Origin: the human T2T-CHM13v2.0 reference genome, Homo sapiens
Reading direction: 5' to 3' (one strand)
Length of the DNA stretch: 64,000 nt
NCBI RefSeq assembly: GCF_009914755.1
Contig: NC_060931.1
The notes beneath the pieces are model-generated. The model ran no database searches. It saw only the letters and a program-made list of their open reading frames with translations, and was not told the DNA's origin. Of the stretch, positions 1 through 52,928 are shown in pieces; position 1 is the first letter of the stretch, and every line of letters starts with the position of its first letter. The translations under genes were made by a program, and so were the position numbers.

Positions 1-531
1 AACAGAATATTAACTTACAGGAAAGAAGTAGAAAGTTGATAATACTTATTCTTTGGAGCACTGCTACCTGACACACTTTATCTCCATAATAAAATAACCT
101 TTGTTCATCATGCATTTTCTCCCCTATCCTTCCATAGCTTGTGTCACCAACTCCCCACCAGAAGTCTTTAAATTTTTAGTAAGTCACAATGCTATTTAAG
201 CTTCAACCACCTGGTCATTATTTAGTCTTATATATTGTGAGTCTCCAGTGTGTATGCATTTCATAAATGTGTATGCATTTTTTTTGAGACAGAGTCTGGC
301 TCTGTGACCCAGGCTGGAGTGCAGTGATGCAATCATAGCTCACTGCAGCCTAGAACAACTGGGCTCAAATCATCCTCCCACCTCAGCCTCCTGAGGGCTC
401 AAATCATCCTCCCGCCTCAGCCTCCCGAGTAACTGAGATGACAGGTGCTGTTAATCAATCCATTGTCAGGTTCTCAGACTCAAACATTAAGCCTCCAGAG
501 GAACTGAAGTTTTCTCTCCCCACCTCCTACA
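1..531 (+). mobile_element. ERV1 LTR (MER34/MER39-like), 3' part, with a partial Alu insertion; followed by a PBS-like leader
   Basis: Similar to 8395-8678 and 10060-10409; ends CCTACA then GTTTTGGTGAG. Confidence 0.6.
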
Positions 532-1264
532 GTTTTGGTGAGACAACCAGGAGATAAAGTCACTCCGCAGCTTCTGAAGCTACAGTTGAGAGACCCTGAG
601 ACCTGATGAAGCTGGAGAAAGGTAGGAATCCTTACCCAGTCTGTCTCCTGGATCTCTGCTTGTGGAACCAGGTTGAACAAGTGGTAATATCACTACTAGT
701 CTCATGTTTCTTTCCAAACTTAGATTAGTAGTAGAAAACCTTTTTGTAAACTTGTTCTTGGTATACATCTAGTGTTTTTATTTTTGCTATGAGTATTCTG
801 CATTTCTGGTCCCTGCCCCTTCAGAGATGGTCTTTGCTTTCCTTTGTCTTGTTGTCATTTGTCAGAAAGAGGAGAATTGTAGGGCAGAACATGGGCATAA
901 GGTCTTTTTATAAGCCTGTCATTTAAGCCCACCAAGCAGACTGGTGACTTCATATTTCTCAGCAGACCAGCATCTGTTTAGGCAAACTTTGCAGTGTATC
1001 TCTCAGAAAAAAATCAAATGAGATCTTCCTTTTGTCTATTTGTATGTCCTGAGAAATTGGCTTTGTTGCCAAGTGAGAACATCTCTCTCTGGTCTCTGTT
1101 ACCTGGGGGTCTGATTTTTGGTTCCCATCTGGCTGCTAGTCAAAAAGGCCAGGGACCCATGACATGAAGTAGAAAGTAGCATTCTCTTTGTCTGACCATG
1201 CCAGCTCTTAGGGGAGTTAGTCTTAAGAGGCTCAAGTCCATGAGGGCTTTTGTCATCTCAACCT

Positions 1265-2380
1265 TCACCAAAATGAGTGACTGAAGCATAAGTCTCAATC
1301 ACCGAGGATTATTGAGCCAGCTTAAGTGCATGCCCAGGAAAAATGTAAGTCACACATGCATCTGTGGCTGGTTTTTTTCCAAAGAGGTTCTCAGAGATTT
1401 AATATTTATACATTTTCCTTTAAAATGGTGGGGGGGTGTTATGAGATGAGTGATTACATACTTGTGAGACTTTAGTTAGTGCCTTGTCATATGATAAGGT
1501 GAACATTTAAAGAAAAAGTAATAGAGGAAGTAGATATCTCAGGGAAGGGTGAGGGAAGGATTAATCTCATCTTATCCTTACCCTGTACCTGGAAGGATAA
1601 GCTCATAACTGACAATATTGGTGTGGAATCTTTTGAAGGGGCTGCTTTCTTTTTCACCTTTAGGAAAGAAGGTCTAATGACAGTGAGCAATGGAGGGGGT
1701 ATAATGAGGCATGCTGGACCTCCCTTTTCCTCATGCCCTGGAATTCAGTTTTTCAGGTTCCTCTGGGGTCCACTTAGCCAACGGTGGGTCTGTTTATTTG
1801 GTGGAGGGGGCTTGGGATTTTGTTTTTGGTTTACATTCTCCTTTATTTGGGCCAAGATTTTCCAGAGCCAACATCAATGGCAGACTTTTATTTGGTCTCA
1901 TCATTGCTGTAATGGTGTGGCTGTCTGCCCCAAGTCCACCCTGTCCCTCCATGGGGCTCTTATGGCCAAAGGACTTAAAGCCAAAAGACTAATCGCTGAT
2001 TTATATGTTCTAGGCCAGACAGGAATAGAGGTGGGAAGGCATTCATCAATCCTTAAAATCTTTTTTAAGTAATATAAGAGCCAAAAAACAAAAGTCAAAA
2101 GACTTTTGTCATGAAAGGCAAGGTTACAAAATAGACTTATCTGTAAGTTATATGCACTGAGCTACTATAATCTAGGTTTTAGTTACAGACTTGTAGCAAT
2201 TAGCTGTATAAAACTTGAGCATTTTGTTAAAACCATTTAAGCTAAGAAATTTAGAGACTCTGGTTGTCCTGCAAAGTTTCTTGTGGTCTCTCTAATATTT
2301 GTCCTAAAGTGGTCAGTACATTTATTTTTATAGATCTATTTGCATAAATTCTATAACTGGGAACAAGTGTACAAAGGTTA
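1265..2380 (-). mobile_element. MER4-group ERV1 LTR plus internal fragment
   Basis: 1265-1400 is the reverse complement of the LTR-end type seen at 20200-20327; AT-rich ERV-internal-like sequence follows. Confidence 0.5.
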
Positions 2381-2381
2381 T

Positions 2382-4012
2382 TGATGGCAGTGGCTGCTCC
2401 AGACAGCCTGCCACTGCCATTACGCTGGCTGCAGCAGGGAGGTGGGCGGGGCTGCACACTCCATGGAGCCCTGCCCAAGTTGGGGCAGGAGCTCCCTGGG
2501 TGCTGCTGCAGCCACCCAAACCACAGCTGCAGACCCAGGCCTCCAGCTCCATGGAGCAGGCAGAAATCCTCCCTCACCCACCCCTACAACCCACCCCACC
2601 TTTCCTCACCCCCATCCCCCCTACCCTGCACAGCTGCAGCCACCCACCAGCTGCAGACTCAGGCATCCCTGCACTCTTGGGGGCCCAGGAAGGCCCCCCT
2701 ACCCTCACAGGCTCCAAAGTGCCTGCTCCTGCTCCCTGGCTTCTCCCTGCTGTCAGCACCCTCTCCAATCTCATAGCAAAGTGAGGCTGAGCCCTGGTGC
2801 CAAGAATGGAAGCAGGAGGCAGACAGATTCCCAGGTAGAAGTAGGTGGGTCCCCAGTGAGGCCCCACCTTCAGGTCAGGGAGGGCCTGAAGGCTGGTGGC
2901 TGGGCTGCCAATCCCATTGACCAGACTGGGAAGTTGTGATTCTTTTTCCAGCCCTTCCATGGCTGCCCAAGGACCGATCAGTGCACACTTCCTCCCCTCT
3001 AGGGCCCATAAAAGCCCCAGGCTCTGCTAGAGCTGAGCAGACATCAGGTGGACCAGCTGCAGAAATGAGCTACCCTCTCTGCTGATAGCAAGAGACATTT
3101 AGACAACCAGCAGCAGAGAGGGGCTACCCACTCTAGGGCCTCCTCTCTGCTGAGAGCCTCAGAGACCCGCAGAGACATGCAGACTACCAGCTGCAGAGAG
3201 GAGCAACCCACTCCAAAACCCCCTCTCTGCTGAGAGCTGCAGAGATGACAGGATGACCTACCTGAAGAGAGGAGCCTCCCAACCCAGGGTGTCTTCTCTG
3301 CCAGGAGCTGAACACTGATCGGGACACCCTGACTGTGGAAAGTAGCTACCCTTTGTGGGTCTCCTGTGAGCTGTTCTATTGCTCAATAATGCTCCTCTTC
3401 ATCTTGCTTTCCCTCCACCTGTCTGCATACCTCATTCTTCCTGGTCGAAGGACAAGAACTCAGGACCCACTGAATGGCAGAGGTAAAACAGCTATAACAT
3501 AAACAGGGCTGAAACATGCCCCTTGCTCACCACGTTGCAGGCAAAGAGAAGGAGAGAAGAGCCACAGTCCTTCAGGGAGCCCAGACCTGGAAGCTCCCCA
3601 AAACAGGGTTGTGACTCTTTGGTATCCTGCAGTGCCTGGTGTCTCCAAGTTTGCAGTAACCACTGCATTCCCCAGTGCTGGCTGGGGAAACTGCTTGCAG
3701 TGCACCTGGTCCAGCCACAGCCTCACAGAGAGCCAGTGCCTGTGCCGGCACCTGGAGCTGCCTGTCACTGCAGCGGCTGTAGTGTCTGACTGTGCAGTGG
3801 CCTGACCCCACATTCATTCACACACCCCTCATGGCTCCATTCCTAACTCACCCTTGGCAGGCATGGGATCCAGGCTGGTAGTGTGGACTGTGTGCAGCTT
3901 GCCAACCCAAGTGGGTGGAAGAAGCCCAGCAAGTCCGAGCAAAACTTGGGCAAAGGTGCCACTGGCCAGAGGTTTTAGGCCATAAAAGCAACACCTCAAG
4001 GATCCTATAACA
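2382..4012 (+). mobile_element. Solo LTR, MER52-like
   Basis: TGATGGCAG...ATAACA ends, 4-bp TSD TTAT on both sides, GC-rich with internal repeated CTCTCTGCTGAGAGC motifs. Confidence 0.8.
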
Positions 4013-4124
4013 TTATTGTGATGTCTTCTCCATAATTTTCTTATCTTTTTATGGAAATTTCTTGATTAGATTACTGAATTCAGGATGGAGCTCTTAAATA
4101 GAGTGATGAAAGCTTTTTTTCCCT

Positions 4125-4415
4125 CTTTTTTGAAACAGTCTATCTCTGTCTCCCAGGCTGGAGTGCAGTGGTGTGATGTCAGCTCACTGCAACCTCTGCC
4201 TCTCGGGCTCAGGTGATCCTCTGGATCACCTCAGCCACCCCAGTAGCTGGTATTACAGGCATGCGCTACCATGCCCAGCTAATGTTTGTATTTTTAATAG
4301 ACATGGGGTTTCATCATGTTGGCCAGGCTGATATTGAACTCCCGGCCTCAAGTGAGTCACCTGCCTCAGCCTCCCAAAGTGCTGGGATTACAGGCGTGAG
4401 CCTCCTTACCTAGCC
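4125..4415 (-). mobile_element. Alu
   Basis: Alu consensus in reverse orientation. Confidence 0.9.
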
Positions 4416-4891
4416 AAAGAAAGCATTTTAATGTTTGGCTGTACTATGAATAATTCTGAAAAAGAAGTCAGTCTATTTTACCTGAGGATCTATCCTTTAT
4501 AAACATTTTAGGCTTTGATTTTTTAAAACTGAAGGTACCCTTTTGAGTGACACCAAAACCAGTAAGTTCAGGCCTGTTGATATGTGACACTGGGTAGGTT
4601 CTCCGGGGATTGGACTTTCCCAGGACTAACCAAGTCACAAGGGTTAGGGAAGCAAAAGACCCATAGGGATGGGGCTTCTTAAGAGAAACTCCCCCGAGAG
4701 CTGGACATGTGTAGAACAACAGGTGTGTTCTTCAGAAGCACCAGCTGCTCAGTCCGCAGAGCCAGCTCCAACAAGTGGGCTTATAGGGGTTTCAGGCCCA
4801 TGTTCTACACTCCTGTAGCCCCTTTTATGACAGAACAGCACAGAAATACAGGAACAAAGGAAAAGACTATTTCTAGAGGAAAAGGGGATCA

Positions 4892-5256
<365 letters not shown>

Positions 5257-6999
5257 AAGAAATTCTTACTTTTCTGCTGACTTACAAGTGCTTGGGCTCC
5301 CTTCACTGAGGCTTCTGAAAGAACAGAGTGGCTTTGGTATCCTGCTCATAGGGACAGAACTGCTGAGGCCAAGAAAAATGTTTGTCCTTTCTCCTCTGAA
5401 GGTTTGTTAACAACAAAAAAAATCACCCACAAAGGAGATTAATGGGAGAAATAGCATACATATTCATTCATATGTTTATGGAGGAGAAATACAGAGTGAT
5501 TCCCCCTTCTTGAGAAACAGTAAGTCTCAAAGAAAGAGACTTTCTTTCACCCCCTTTTATCCAGGGGTAAGAACAACTAGCTGAACAAAACTGACAGCTG
5601 TCAATCAAGTGGGAAGTCCAAAACTCATGAGAGACCCACCCAGTTTTCAATCATCATGAAGGAGCCAGGGGCTCAATGGCCCCTGCTGGTACCAAGTTGC
5701 CAGGTCCCTGCAATGTTCCAGACAAAGACAGTGATGGTAAAAAGGGAAAAGTGGAGGTAGAATGCAAGTGCAGCAGCAGGAAGATATGGGACTCTCCATT
5801 TTAGGGTCTTCAAGTTTTTCAGATTTTCTGAGACATGGGTTAACTCTTCAGGTTAGTCTCCTAGTAAAACACAGCCAAAGTCCCAATTGTGTTTGAAACT
5901 TTCAAAAATGCAGATTGAAAGAAAGCCTCTTACTGTCTTTGAGAAGTCCAGACTCCTCTTATCCTCATTGCATGCTTCGGAGTTCAATTTAGGTGTATCT
6001 CTCACATCCATTTCTGTCGAGCCTTTACCTTTAAATTTTAAACTTGAAAAACTGCCAGAGTACCTGATAGTGATTGATCAGAGACAGAGCCACCGAATTA
6101 CCCGATGGCAGGCCTTAGAGACCATGGCCTTAGGACCTAGGTTATGCATAGCCCTCACCTTAGGAAGGGGTCCCTTCAAGGGCAAATAAAATGCGATAGT
6201 CCTTGCAACACTGAAGCATGGAGTATCCTGTGAGGCATGAACTTGCTTGATGCAGCATGAATGCACCCCAAGAAACATGGGTATGCCCCTCCAAGTGCAA
6301 GCATACCCCACAAGTGGGTAGCCATAGAGCCAGAAGGGCAGGTTCCCTGAAAAAAATAAAGACCTCAAGACCTCATCCTAAATGTGAGATCTTGGATGTA
6401 AGAGGATTTACTGATTTTTCCACAAAACAGCCAGGCCAGGAAGATAACTGAGCTTAGAGGACTCTTGCTGGTGCCAATGCATTGATTAGTCCAGATGACA
6501 AGGGAGAGGATCTTGAGAGCCAATTTTGATCCCTTCCTCATCACCAGGAAATATGAGTAAAGATTGTGGGATCTGTGGAGGACAGAGGGAGAGCTTCATT
6601 TTCTATAAAACACAGTCTGCAGATTGAGGAGATGCAGCCTCGGAGGTGGAGAGCTATAAAGTCAAAAACCACAGAGCAGGATAGAGGAGTCAGAGGAGTG
6701 AAGAAAAGAGTCTTGATTAGACAGCCTTTAAGCCCCAAGTCACATGTCTCTTAATTGGCTGTTCCTAGGTGGTCAGTTAGTTCTTACCACATGATCTGTT
6801 GGTGAGCAGTTGGAAAATTCCCAGGTACAGATTTTTTCAGAAAATGTTATTTGACTTGGCTACAGAAAAATAGGTTTTGCAACACTTACTAAGAACACAG
6901 AGAACATGACCATCACCTAAACCTGCCATGGCCTCTTGGGTTTGTTTTTGCTTTTGAGGCACAGGGAGTCCTTCTTGTCTGTTTACCTGGAGGCATGAT

Positions 7000-7275
7000 T
7001 TGGCAACCTAGATAACAAACAGAGATAGGCTTTCTAAAAAGAATTATTTTTATTTGGGAATAAAGCATTGCAATGGGAATATGCGTGCCAAGGTAAACTA
7101 TGTGCTTATTCAGGTAGGTAAAGTAAGACAAAGTTTAAAAAAATAATGAGAAGGATTACATATTTGTTTTGGAATGATTATCCTTGGCTATAAAGATCAA
7201 TAACAAGACTGACATCAGTTTGAGGTTGGACAGGCAGTTGCTGGGCAGATGTTCTTGCAGAAGTATTTTTCTTTA
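7000..7275. mobile_element. ERV1 LTR-like fragment abutting the proximal promoter
   Basis: Similar to 18790-18900 (CAACCTA..TAACAAACAGAGA..GCATTGCAA.GGGAATATGCGTG). Confidence 0.5.
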
Positions 7276-7277
7276 GG

Positions 7278-7629
7278 TTCCTGAGAATCTATAACCTTTG
7301 GGCTTACCAATAGCAGTGACTGATTTGTTTACTGATTGTTCACAGAATAGGAAATCAAAGGAGGCCAAAATAAGGACAGCCATAATTATTTGCCAATTGT
7401 CAATTTGAAAAGGGTACCCAAATCCCTCCATATGAGGAGTAGCATAAGTGGCTTTTCTACTGGCTGCCGCTGTAGACCCACCTCCTTCTCCAGCACATAA
7501 ATATCGCTGTTAACATTAACTAAATCACCTCTGGGCAGAGAAACAAAGCTCTATATGCACAGCCCAGCAAAGAGCAGCACACAGCTGAAAGAAAAACTCA
7601 GAAGACAGAGCTGAAAAAGAAAACTGGTG
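7278..7629 (+). promoter_or_regulatory. CYP3A43 proximal promoter and 5'UTR
   Basis: CATAAATA TATA-like box at 7496-7503 after a CCACCTCCTTCTC basic-element-like stretch; degenerate ER6 GGAAATcaaaggAGGCCA at 7350-7367; resembles the recalled CYP3A4 proximal promoter. Confidence 0.75.
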
Positions 7630-45503
<37,874 letters not shown>

Positions 45504-45576
45504 CTTTCCCTAAGGACTTCCACTTTGTTCAAGAAAGCTGTATCCCAGAACACTAGACACTTCAAATTGTTTTGTG

Positions 45577-46038
45577 AATAAAACTCAGAAATGAAGATGA
45601 GCTTAATTAACCTAGTATACTGGGTGAATAATTAGAAATTCTCTACATTCATTGAGCTCTCATTGTCTGGGTAGAGTATTACACGTTGCATACTACAAAG
45701 CAGGTGACAAATCAATGCCAAATAAGTACAGTCATCTTCTCTAGTTCTCATAAGACTATCTCCCCGCCACCTATAGTTAGTACCCTCAAGTCCTCCTGAG
45801 CTGTGATCAGAGAATAAACATTTCTCAACAATTTTACCAACAATTTTTAATGAAAAGGAAAATTATACTTGTGATTCTCGTAGTGACATTTATATTACAT
45901 GTTCCATTTGTGATATTCTATAATAAGTATTATATTGAGAAAGTCAACAAGCACCTCTTTACAAAACTGTTATCTGATGTCTTCCTGCATATTAAGGATG
46001 AATCTACAGAATTAGATCAATAAGGATCAACAAATAAA
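45577..46038 (+). terminator. Candidate polyadenylation signals in CYP3A43 3'UTR
   Basis: AATAAA at 45577-45582, 45813-45818 and 46033-46038 downstream of the stop. Confidence 0.6.
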
Positions 46039-46494
46039 TATTTTTGGTCATTATAATTGCTGGTTCTGTGGGGTCTTTTACAGGACTCTAACTTGATTAT
46101 TAATCTAGGTGTGAGTTAAACCACTGTGACTTTGCCCATTGTTTAGAAAACATATTCGTAGTTTCATTGGGCCTCTTTTGAAGCACATATTTTGGTAACA
46201 TTCAACTTAGGAACTTATTTTTACATTATTAGTTTTGATTTAATGTTATATCTCATCTCACCTGATAGTGCTGGAAGGCAGGGAACATGTTTTCCTATAC
46301 TTGTTCTATTTCACCTTTAACTCCCAAATGTTTTAACATAATGAACACCGAATAAAATGTGGTTTATTAGTCAACTGATTCGGCAGCAAAGCTAAAGGCA
46401 TTCATCAGTTTCAGCTGGTATCAGAGGCTGCACAGAGTTCTTCCTTTTCCTTTTCTGCTTCATCCCAAAGAAATGGGGCTATATATTCCCAAAT

Positions 46495-46810
46495 TTTCAA
46501 AATAATGTTGATATTTTGACCTCCTCCCATGGCTCATAAATGCTCTCAATGGCATCTAGAGTAGTAAATCCTTTCCAGAAGGCTTTCAATTGACTTTGCC
46601 CAGATCCATCAGAGGAATTACTATCTAATTCCTCTGTAGCCTTATGAAATGTATTTCTTAAATAATAAGACTTGAAAGTTAAAATTACTCTTTTATCCAC
46701 AGCTGCAGAATGGATGTTTTGTTAGTAGGCATTAAAGCAACAATAATCTTTTTGTCATCTTCATTGGAGCTCTTGAGTGACTAAATGTATTATCAATGAG
46801 CAGTGACATT
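46495..46810 (-). mobile_element. Tigger1 transposase fragment
   Basis: ORF 46497-46700 [14 protein letters not shown]...[20 protein letters not shown] resembles the Tigger1/TIGD1 DDE region. Confidence 0.85.
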
Positions 46811-46824
46811 TTGTTTTGTTTGTT

Positions 46825-47283
46825 TCTCTTTTATTTTATTTTAGGTTTCAGGATACATGTGCAGAACATGCAGGTTTGTTACATAGGTAAAGGGGTGCCA
46901 TGGTTTGCTGCACCTATCAACCTACCACCTAGGTATTAAGCCCCACATGCATTAGCTATTGGTCCTGATGCTCTGCCTCCCCCACCCACTCCCAACAGGC
47001 CCCAGTGTGTGTTGTTCCCTGTGTCCATGTGTTCTCATTGTTCAGCTCCCACTAATGAGTGAGAACTTGTGGTGTTTGGTTTTCTGTTCCTGTGTTAGTT
47101 TGCTGAGGAGGATGGCTTCCAGCTTCATCCATGTCCCTGCAAAGGACATGATCTCATTCCTTTTTATGGCTGCATAGTATTCCATTGTGTATATGTACCA
47201 CATTTTCTTTATTCAGTCTATCATCGACGGGCATTTGGGCTGATTCCAAATCTTTGCTATTGTGAATAGTGCTGCAATAAACT
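46825..47283 (-). mobile_element. L1PA 3' end
   Basis: L1 3'UTR and ORF2 end in reverse orientation. Confidence 0.85.
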
Positions 47284-47619
47284 GGCTAAGTCTACCTGAA
47301 GTCAATTGTTGTCTAATTTTATCTGTGTTGTAGACATTTTTAAAATCATCTCAAGAAGCTAGACCAGCACTATTTGCTTGGGAGTTGTGCTTATGTAAAG
47401 AAATGTGACTAGTAACAGATACAAGGTTTAAAAAGAAAAAAAGTGAAATTAATAGTAATATGATAACTCTAGTTTGCATAATGCTTATAAGCCATGAACC
47501 TAGGCTTAAAGGCAAGTAATTAAATAAACCAAATGACCATAAGGAATTAGTCGAGACAGGTTGTAACCATGTGGCCAGTTTTTCTTATTTTGTGTATATG
47601 GGTCTCCACTTTTCCAGAG

Positions 47620-48417
47620 TGAGGACTAAGCCCTGAGTTTTTTCATCTTGCCCAAATTCCTATCCACAGGGTCTAGGGAGTCATGCCCTACAAACCATAA
47701 ATTCTCATCAGATGGGTTTTATTTAACCCTATATATCGTGACTTACTTTCCAATCTGACTCTGGCATAACATTACGTGACAAAGAAGAAACTCAAAATAT
47801 TTTACCCCAAAACATGTTTCTTTGCCATATCTTGAAATGGTCCTGCAAAGCTGTCCTTTGTGGGGGGAAAATTTGCATCTGTAAAGAATCTCTTTTTATC
47901 ATGTAGCTAGATCTTTTTCTTCCAGGCCCTCCCAATCCTGAAGAGATGAAGTAAGAGTCTAACACCTTTTAAAGGTCTGAATGGGAAATATTTGTCATCT
48001 ATTGTCTCTAAGGGCAGTCACTGTAAAACCTCAAAAGAACCCTGGTCTCCACAACCTGTTTTTTTTTTTAATCTTAACCTGAACATTTCCTTTCTATTGA
48101 TCCCAGGTCTTTAGACAAACTCAACCAACTGTCAGTCAGAAAATATTTAAATTTACCTATAGCCTGGAAGCACACACACCCCCAGCATCCCACTTTGAGT
48201 TGTCCCACCTTTCTGAACCAAACTAATGTATTTCTGAAATGTATTTGATTGATGTCTCATGCCTCTCTAAAATGTATAAAACCAAGATGCACCCCACTAC
48301 CTTGGGCGTATGTTCTCAAGACCTCCTGAGGGCTGTGTCACAGGACATGCTCACTAATATTTGGCTCAGAATAAATCTCTTCAAATATTTTACAGAGTTT
48401 GACTCTTTTCATCAACA
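47620..48417 (+). mobile_element. MER4-family solo LTR
   Basis: TGAGGACTAAG...ATCAACA; TSD AGAG. Confidence 0.8.
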
Positions 48418-48458
48418 AGAGGAAATTACCCTAATAGAGCATGTAGTATTAGCAATAA

Positions 48459-48925
48459 TGTTACCGGAAAGGGGTCCCAATCCAGACCCCAAAAGAGGGT
48501 TCTTGGATCACTCATGAGAAAGAATTCAGGGCAAGTCCATAGAGTAAAGTGAAAGCAAGTTTATTAAGAAGTAAAGGAATAAAAAATGGCTACTCCACAA
48601 GCAGAACAGCAGCATAGGCTCCTCCTTGGCTATTTTTATGTTATTTCTTGATTATATGCTAAACAAGGGGAATTATTTGTGAGTTTTCCATGAAAGGGGT
48701 GGGCAATCCCCAGAACTGAGGGTTCCTTCCCTTCCTAGACCATATAGGGAAACTTTCTGACATGGCCATGTCAATTGTAAACTCTCATGGCACTGGCGGG
48801 AGTGTCTTTTAGCATGCTGATGCATTATAATTAGCATATCATGATCAGTGAGGATGACCAGAGGTCATCTTCCATCACCATTTTGGTTTTGGTGGGCTTT
48901 GGCCAGCTTTTTTTTCACATGCTGT
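48459..48925 (-). mobile_element. MER41-like LTR, truncated at an Alu (48945-49253)
   Basis: TGTTACCGGAAAGGGGTCCCAATCCAGACCCC end and MER41-type body. Confidence 0.7.
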
Positions 48926-50150
48926 TTTGTTTTGGTTTAGGTGGTTTTTTTGGAGACAGGGTCTCACTCCATCACCAAGCCTAGAATGCAGTAGTGCAAT
49001 CTCAGCTCATTGCAACCTCTGTCTCCCAGGGTTCAAGGAATTCTCGTGCCTCACCCTCACTGCCACCCCCACCGCCCTGAGTAGCTGAGACTATAGGCAT
49101 GCACCACCACACCTGGCTAATTTTTGTATTTTTAGTAGAGACGGGGTTTCACCATGTTGGTCAGGCTAGTCTCGAACTCCTGATCTCAGGTGATCCTCAC
49201 ACCTCAGCCTCCCAAATTGCTGGGATTACAGACATGAGCCGCCGTGCCTGGCCTCACCTGCTATTCTTTTAGAGTTGTAATGTGTTGCTTGTCTTTTCCT
49301 CTTAACAAGTATTTTATTGCTTTTATTGAGCAAATGAAAGCAATGATCAAAACAGTGCTAGTGAAAGAATGTTATTCTGTCTTCCCAAACTGGAGGGTAG
49401 ACATTCATTTTTTTAATTTAAATAGTTATTTAATTTTTATTTGGAAATATATATTCACAAAAGTTGCCCCAAAAATGTACAGAGATGTGTCATGTACTCT
49501 TCATTCTGTTTCCCCCAATGTTAATGTCTTCCATAACTGTGTATATAGTATATTCCTATTACTCTAGTAACAAGAAATTGACATTGATATAATCCACAGG
49601 GCTTTAGTCAGATTTCACCAGTTTTATGAGCCCTCATTTGTGTGTATGTGTGTGTGTGTGTGTGTGTAGCTTTATGCAAATTCATCGCATGTGTAGATTT
49701 GCATAATGCCCAGAAGAATCAAGATACAGAACTGCCCCATCGGCGTGTGACCCTTCTGATTCTCACCTGCTATTCTTTTATAGTCATAATGTGTAGCTTA
49801 ACTTTTCTTTTTCACAAGATTTTTTCATTGCTTTTATCAAGCAAAACTTTATTTTAAGGGGACCAATTTATCAATTTTTCCTGTTATGAATTGTGTTCTT
49901 GGTATTGAGTCTGAAAATTCTTTGTGTATCGCACCCCACCCCCGATGTTTTTGTTGTTTTTCTAAAAGTTACATAGTTTTATCCTTTACATTTAAGTCTA
50001 TGATTCATTCTGCATTAATTTTTGTATAAGGTATCAGGTTTAGATCAAGGTTCGTTTCTTGGGGCTTATGGCTGTTCATTGTTCCAACACCATTTCTGGA
50101 AAGGCTATCCTTCCTCCACTGAATTGCTTTTGCACCACTATCAAAAATCA

Positions 50151-50750
<600 letters not shown>

Positions 50751-51184
50751 TCAGCTGGGCCTATTTGTGTGCATCTACTTCTCATTCTCTATTGTGATCA
50801 CAGCGTCTTGACTATAGCAGCTGCACAGTAAGTCGTAACATTATTGAGAGTGATTTCTCCCACTTCATTTATTTTTTTCAGAAATATTTTATCTATTGTT
50901 GGTCCTTTGACTTTCTATACAATTCAGAATAAACATCGATATCTAAAAATAAACTTACTGAAATTTTGATACAAATTGAAATAAACTTACAGATCAATAT
51001 GAAATAAATCTATATCTTTACTATGTACAATCTTGACCTTATGAACACAGGATACCTCTCCATTTCCTTTCCTTCCTTTCTTCCTCTCATGTACATTTTG
51101 TAGTTTCAGGATAGTGAGATGTTTTGTTAGGTTTATACCTAAAGTCTTTAATTGGAGGGGTTATAAATCATATAGCATTTATAA

Positions 51185-51619
<435 letters not shown>

Positions 51620-52408
51620 TGAATTCATTTTTTTATTCCAGAGTTCCCCTTGCATATTCTTTGAGTGTTGAGATGCTCCTGATCATACTCTAGTACGGAG
51701 ATGTGTTCTTGAGAAACCTGAGACAGAAAGTAGAGAAGGGCAAGCCCCTCACTTTGAGAGTAAGTAGGAGCACAGCCATGGAGTTCTGAGCTGTAATGAG
51801 CCCCTCCAGCTGCCTGCCATGGAGCTGATATCCCCACTCTTGGGTTAGTCCAGTGACCAGACAAAAGCAGGGCTGTAGCGTTGTGACTACAATGGGCCAC
51901 CCAAGAGGGGACGGCTCCCATGAGAAGACAGGGAAGCAGTGTGGCATCGGGAGTCAGGGGGATTATTTTCTCCTCTGTTCACAGAAGCCTAAATTTATTC
52001 ATCTGCTAAATTGTCACCATGGATATTCTGGAAGAAAAATACATTTTCTAGATGTAGTACCTACATCAACAGCATCAGCACTACTTGGGATTTATTAAAA
52101 ATGTAAATTCAGAGTTTTTGAATCAGAAACTCTGAATCAGAAACCCTGGAACTAGGGCCCAGCCAACTGCTTTAACATGACCTTCAGATGATTCTAATGT
52201 GTACTCATGTTTGAGAATCGCTGCTGTAGAAGAGCATGAGAACAAGGAAGTAACATGAAAGAATTTAAATGCAAAGGAAATGGAAAATGAAGACTCAATG
52301 AAGTAGGAGTTAAAGTGAGTGTAGCGTTCAGTGAAGAAAGTGTTTCAAAAAAGGAAGGCATAATCAACTTTGTCAAAGGCTGTTGGGTACATTGAAAATT
52401 GGTCATTG

Positions 52409-52441
52409 ATCGCTTCTTGGCCTTTTGGCTAAGAGCAAGTG
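52409..52441 (+). pseudogene. 3'-truncated U2 snRNA retropseudogene
   Basis: ATCGCTTCTTGGCCTTTTGGCTAAGAGCAAGTG is the U2 5' end with 2 mismatches; flanked by TSD TGAAAATTGG(T/C)CATT at 52393 and 52440. Confidence 0.9.
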
Positions 52442-52594
52442 AAAATTGGCCATTAAATGTGGCCACAAGGAGGCCATTTGTGACAATCATACTAATGGTT
52501 TCCATAGATTGATGATGACAAAAGCCAACTGAAGTGAGCTCAGGAGAAAATGGAAGCAGAAAAAGTGGAAATAACAAGTAAAGAAAACTGTTTC

Positions 52595-52922
<328 letters not shown>

Positions 52923-52928
52923 TTAGAC

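Noticed and set aside
355-430. Short duplication GGGCTCAAATCATCCTCCC within an Alu
   Set aside because: Ordinary local slippage with no evident function
3040-3310. Spaced repeats (CCCTCTCTGCTGAGAGC) that look array-like
   Set aside because: Degenerate internal repeats of the LTR; eukaryotic DNA, not CRISPR
2251-3817. Cluster of overlapping 80-165 aa ORFs
   Set aside because: They lie in a GC-rich MER52-like solo LTR bounded by a TSD; no protein motifs
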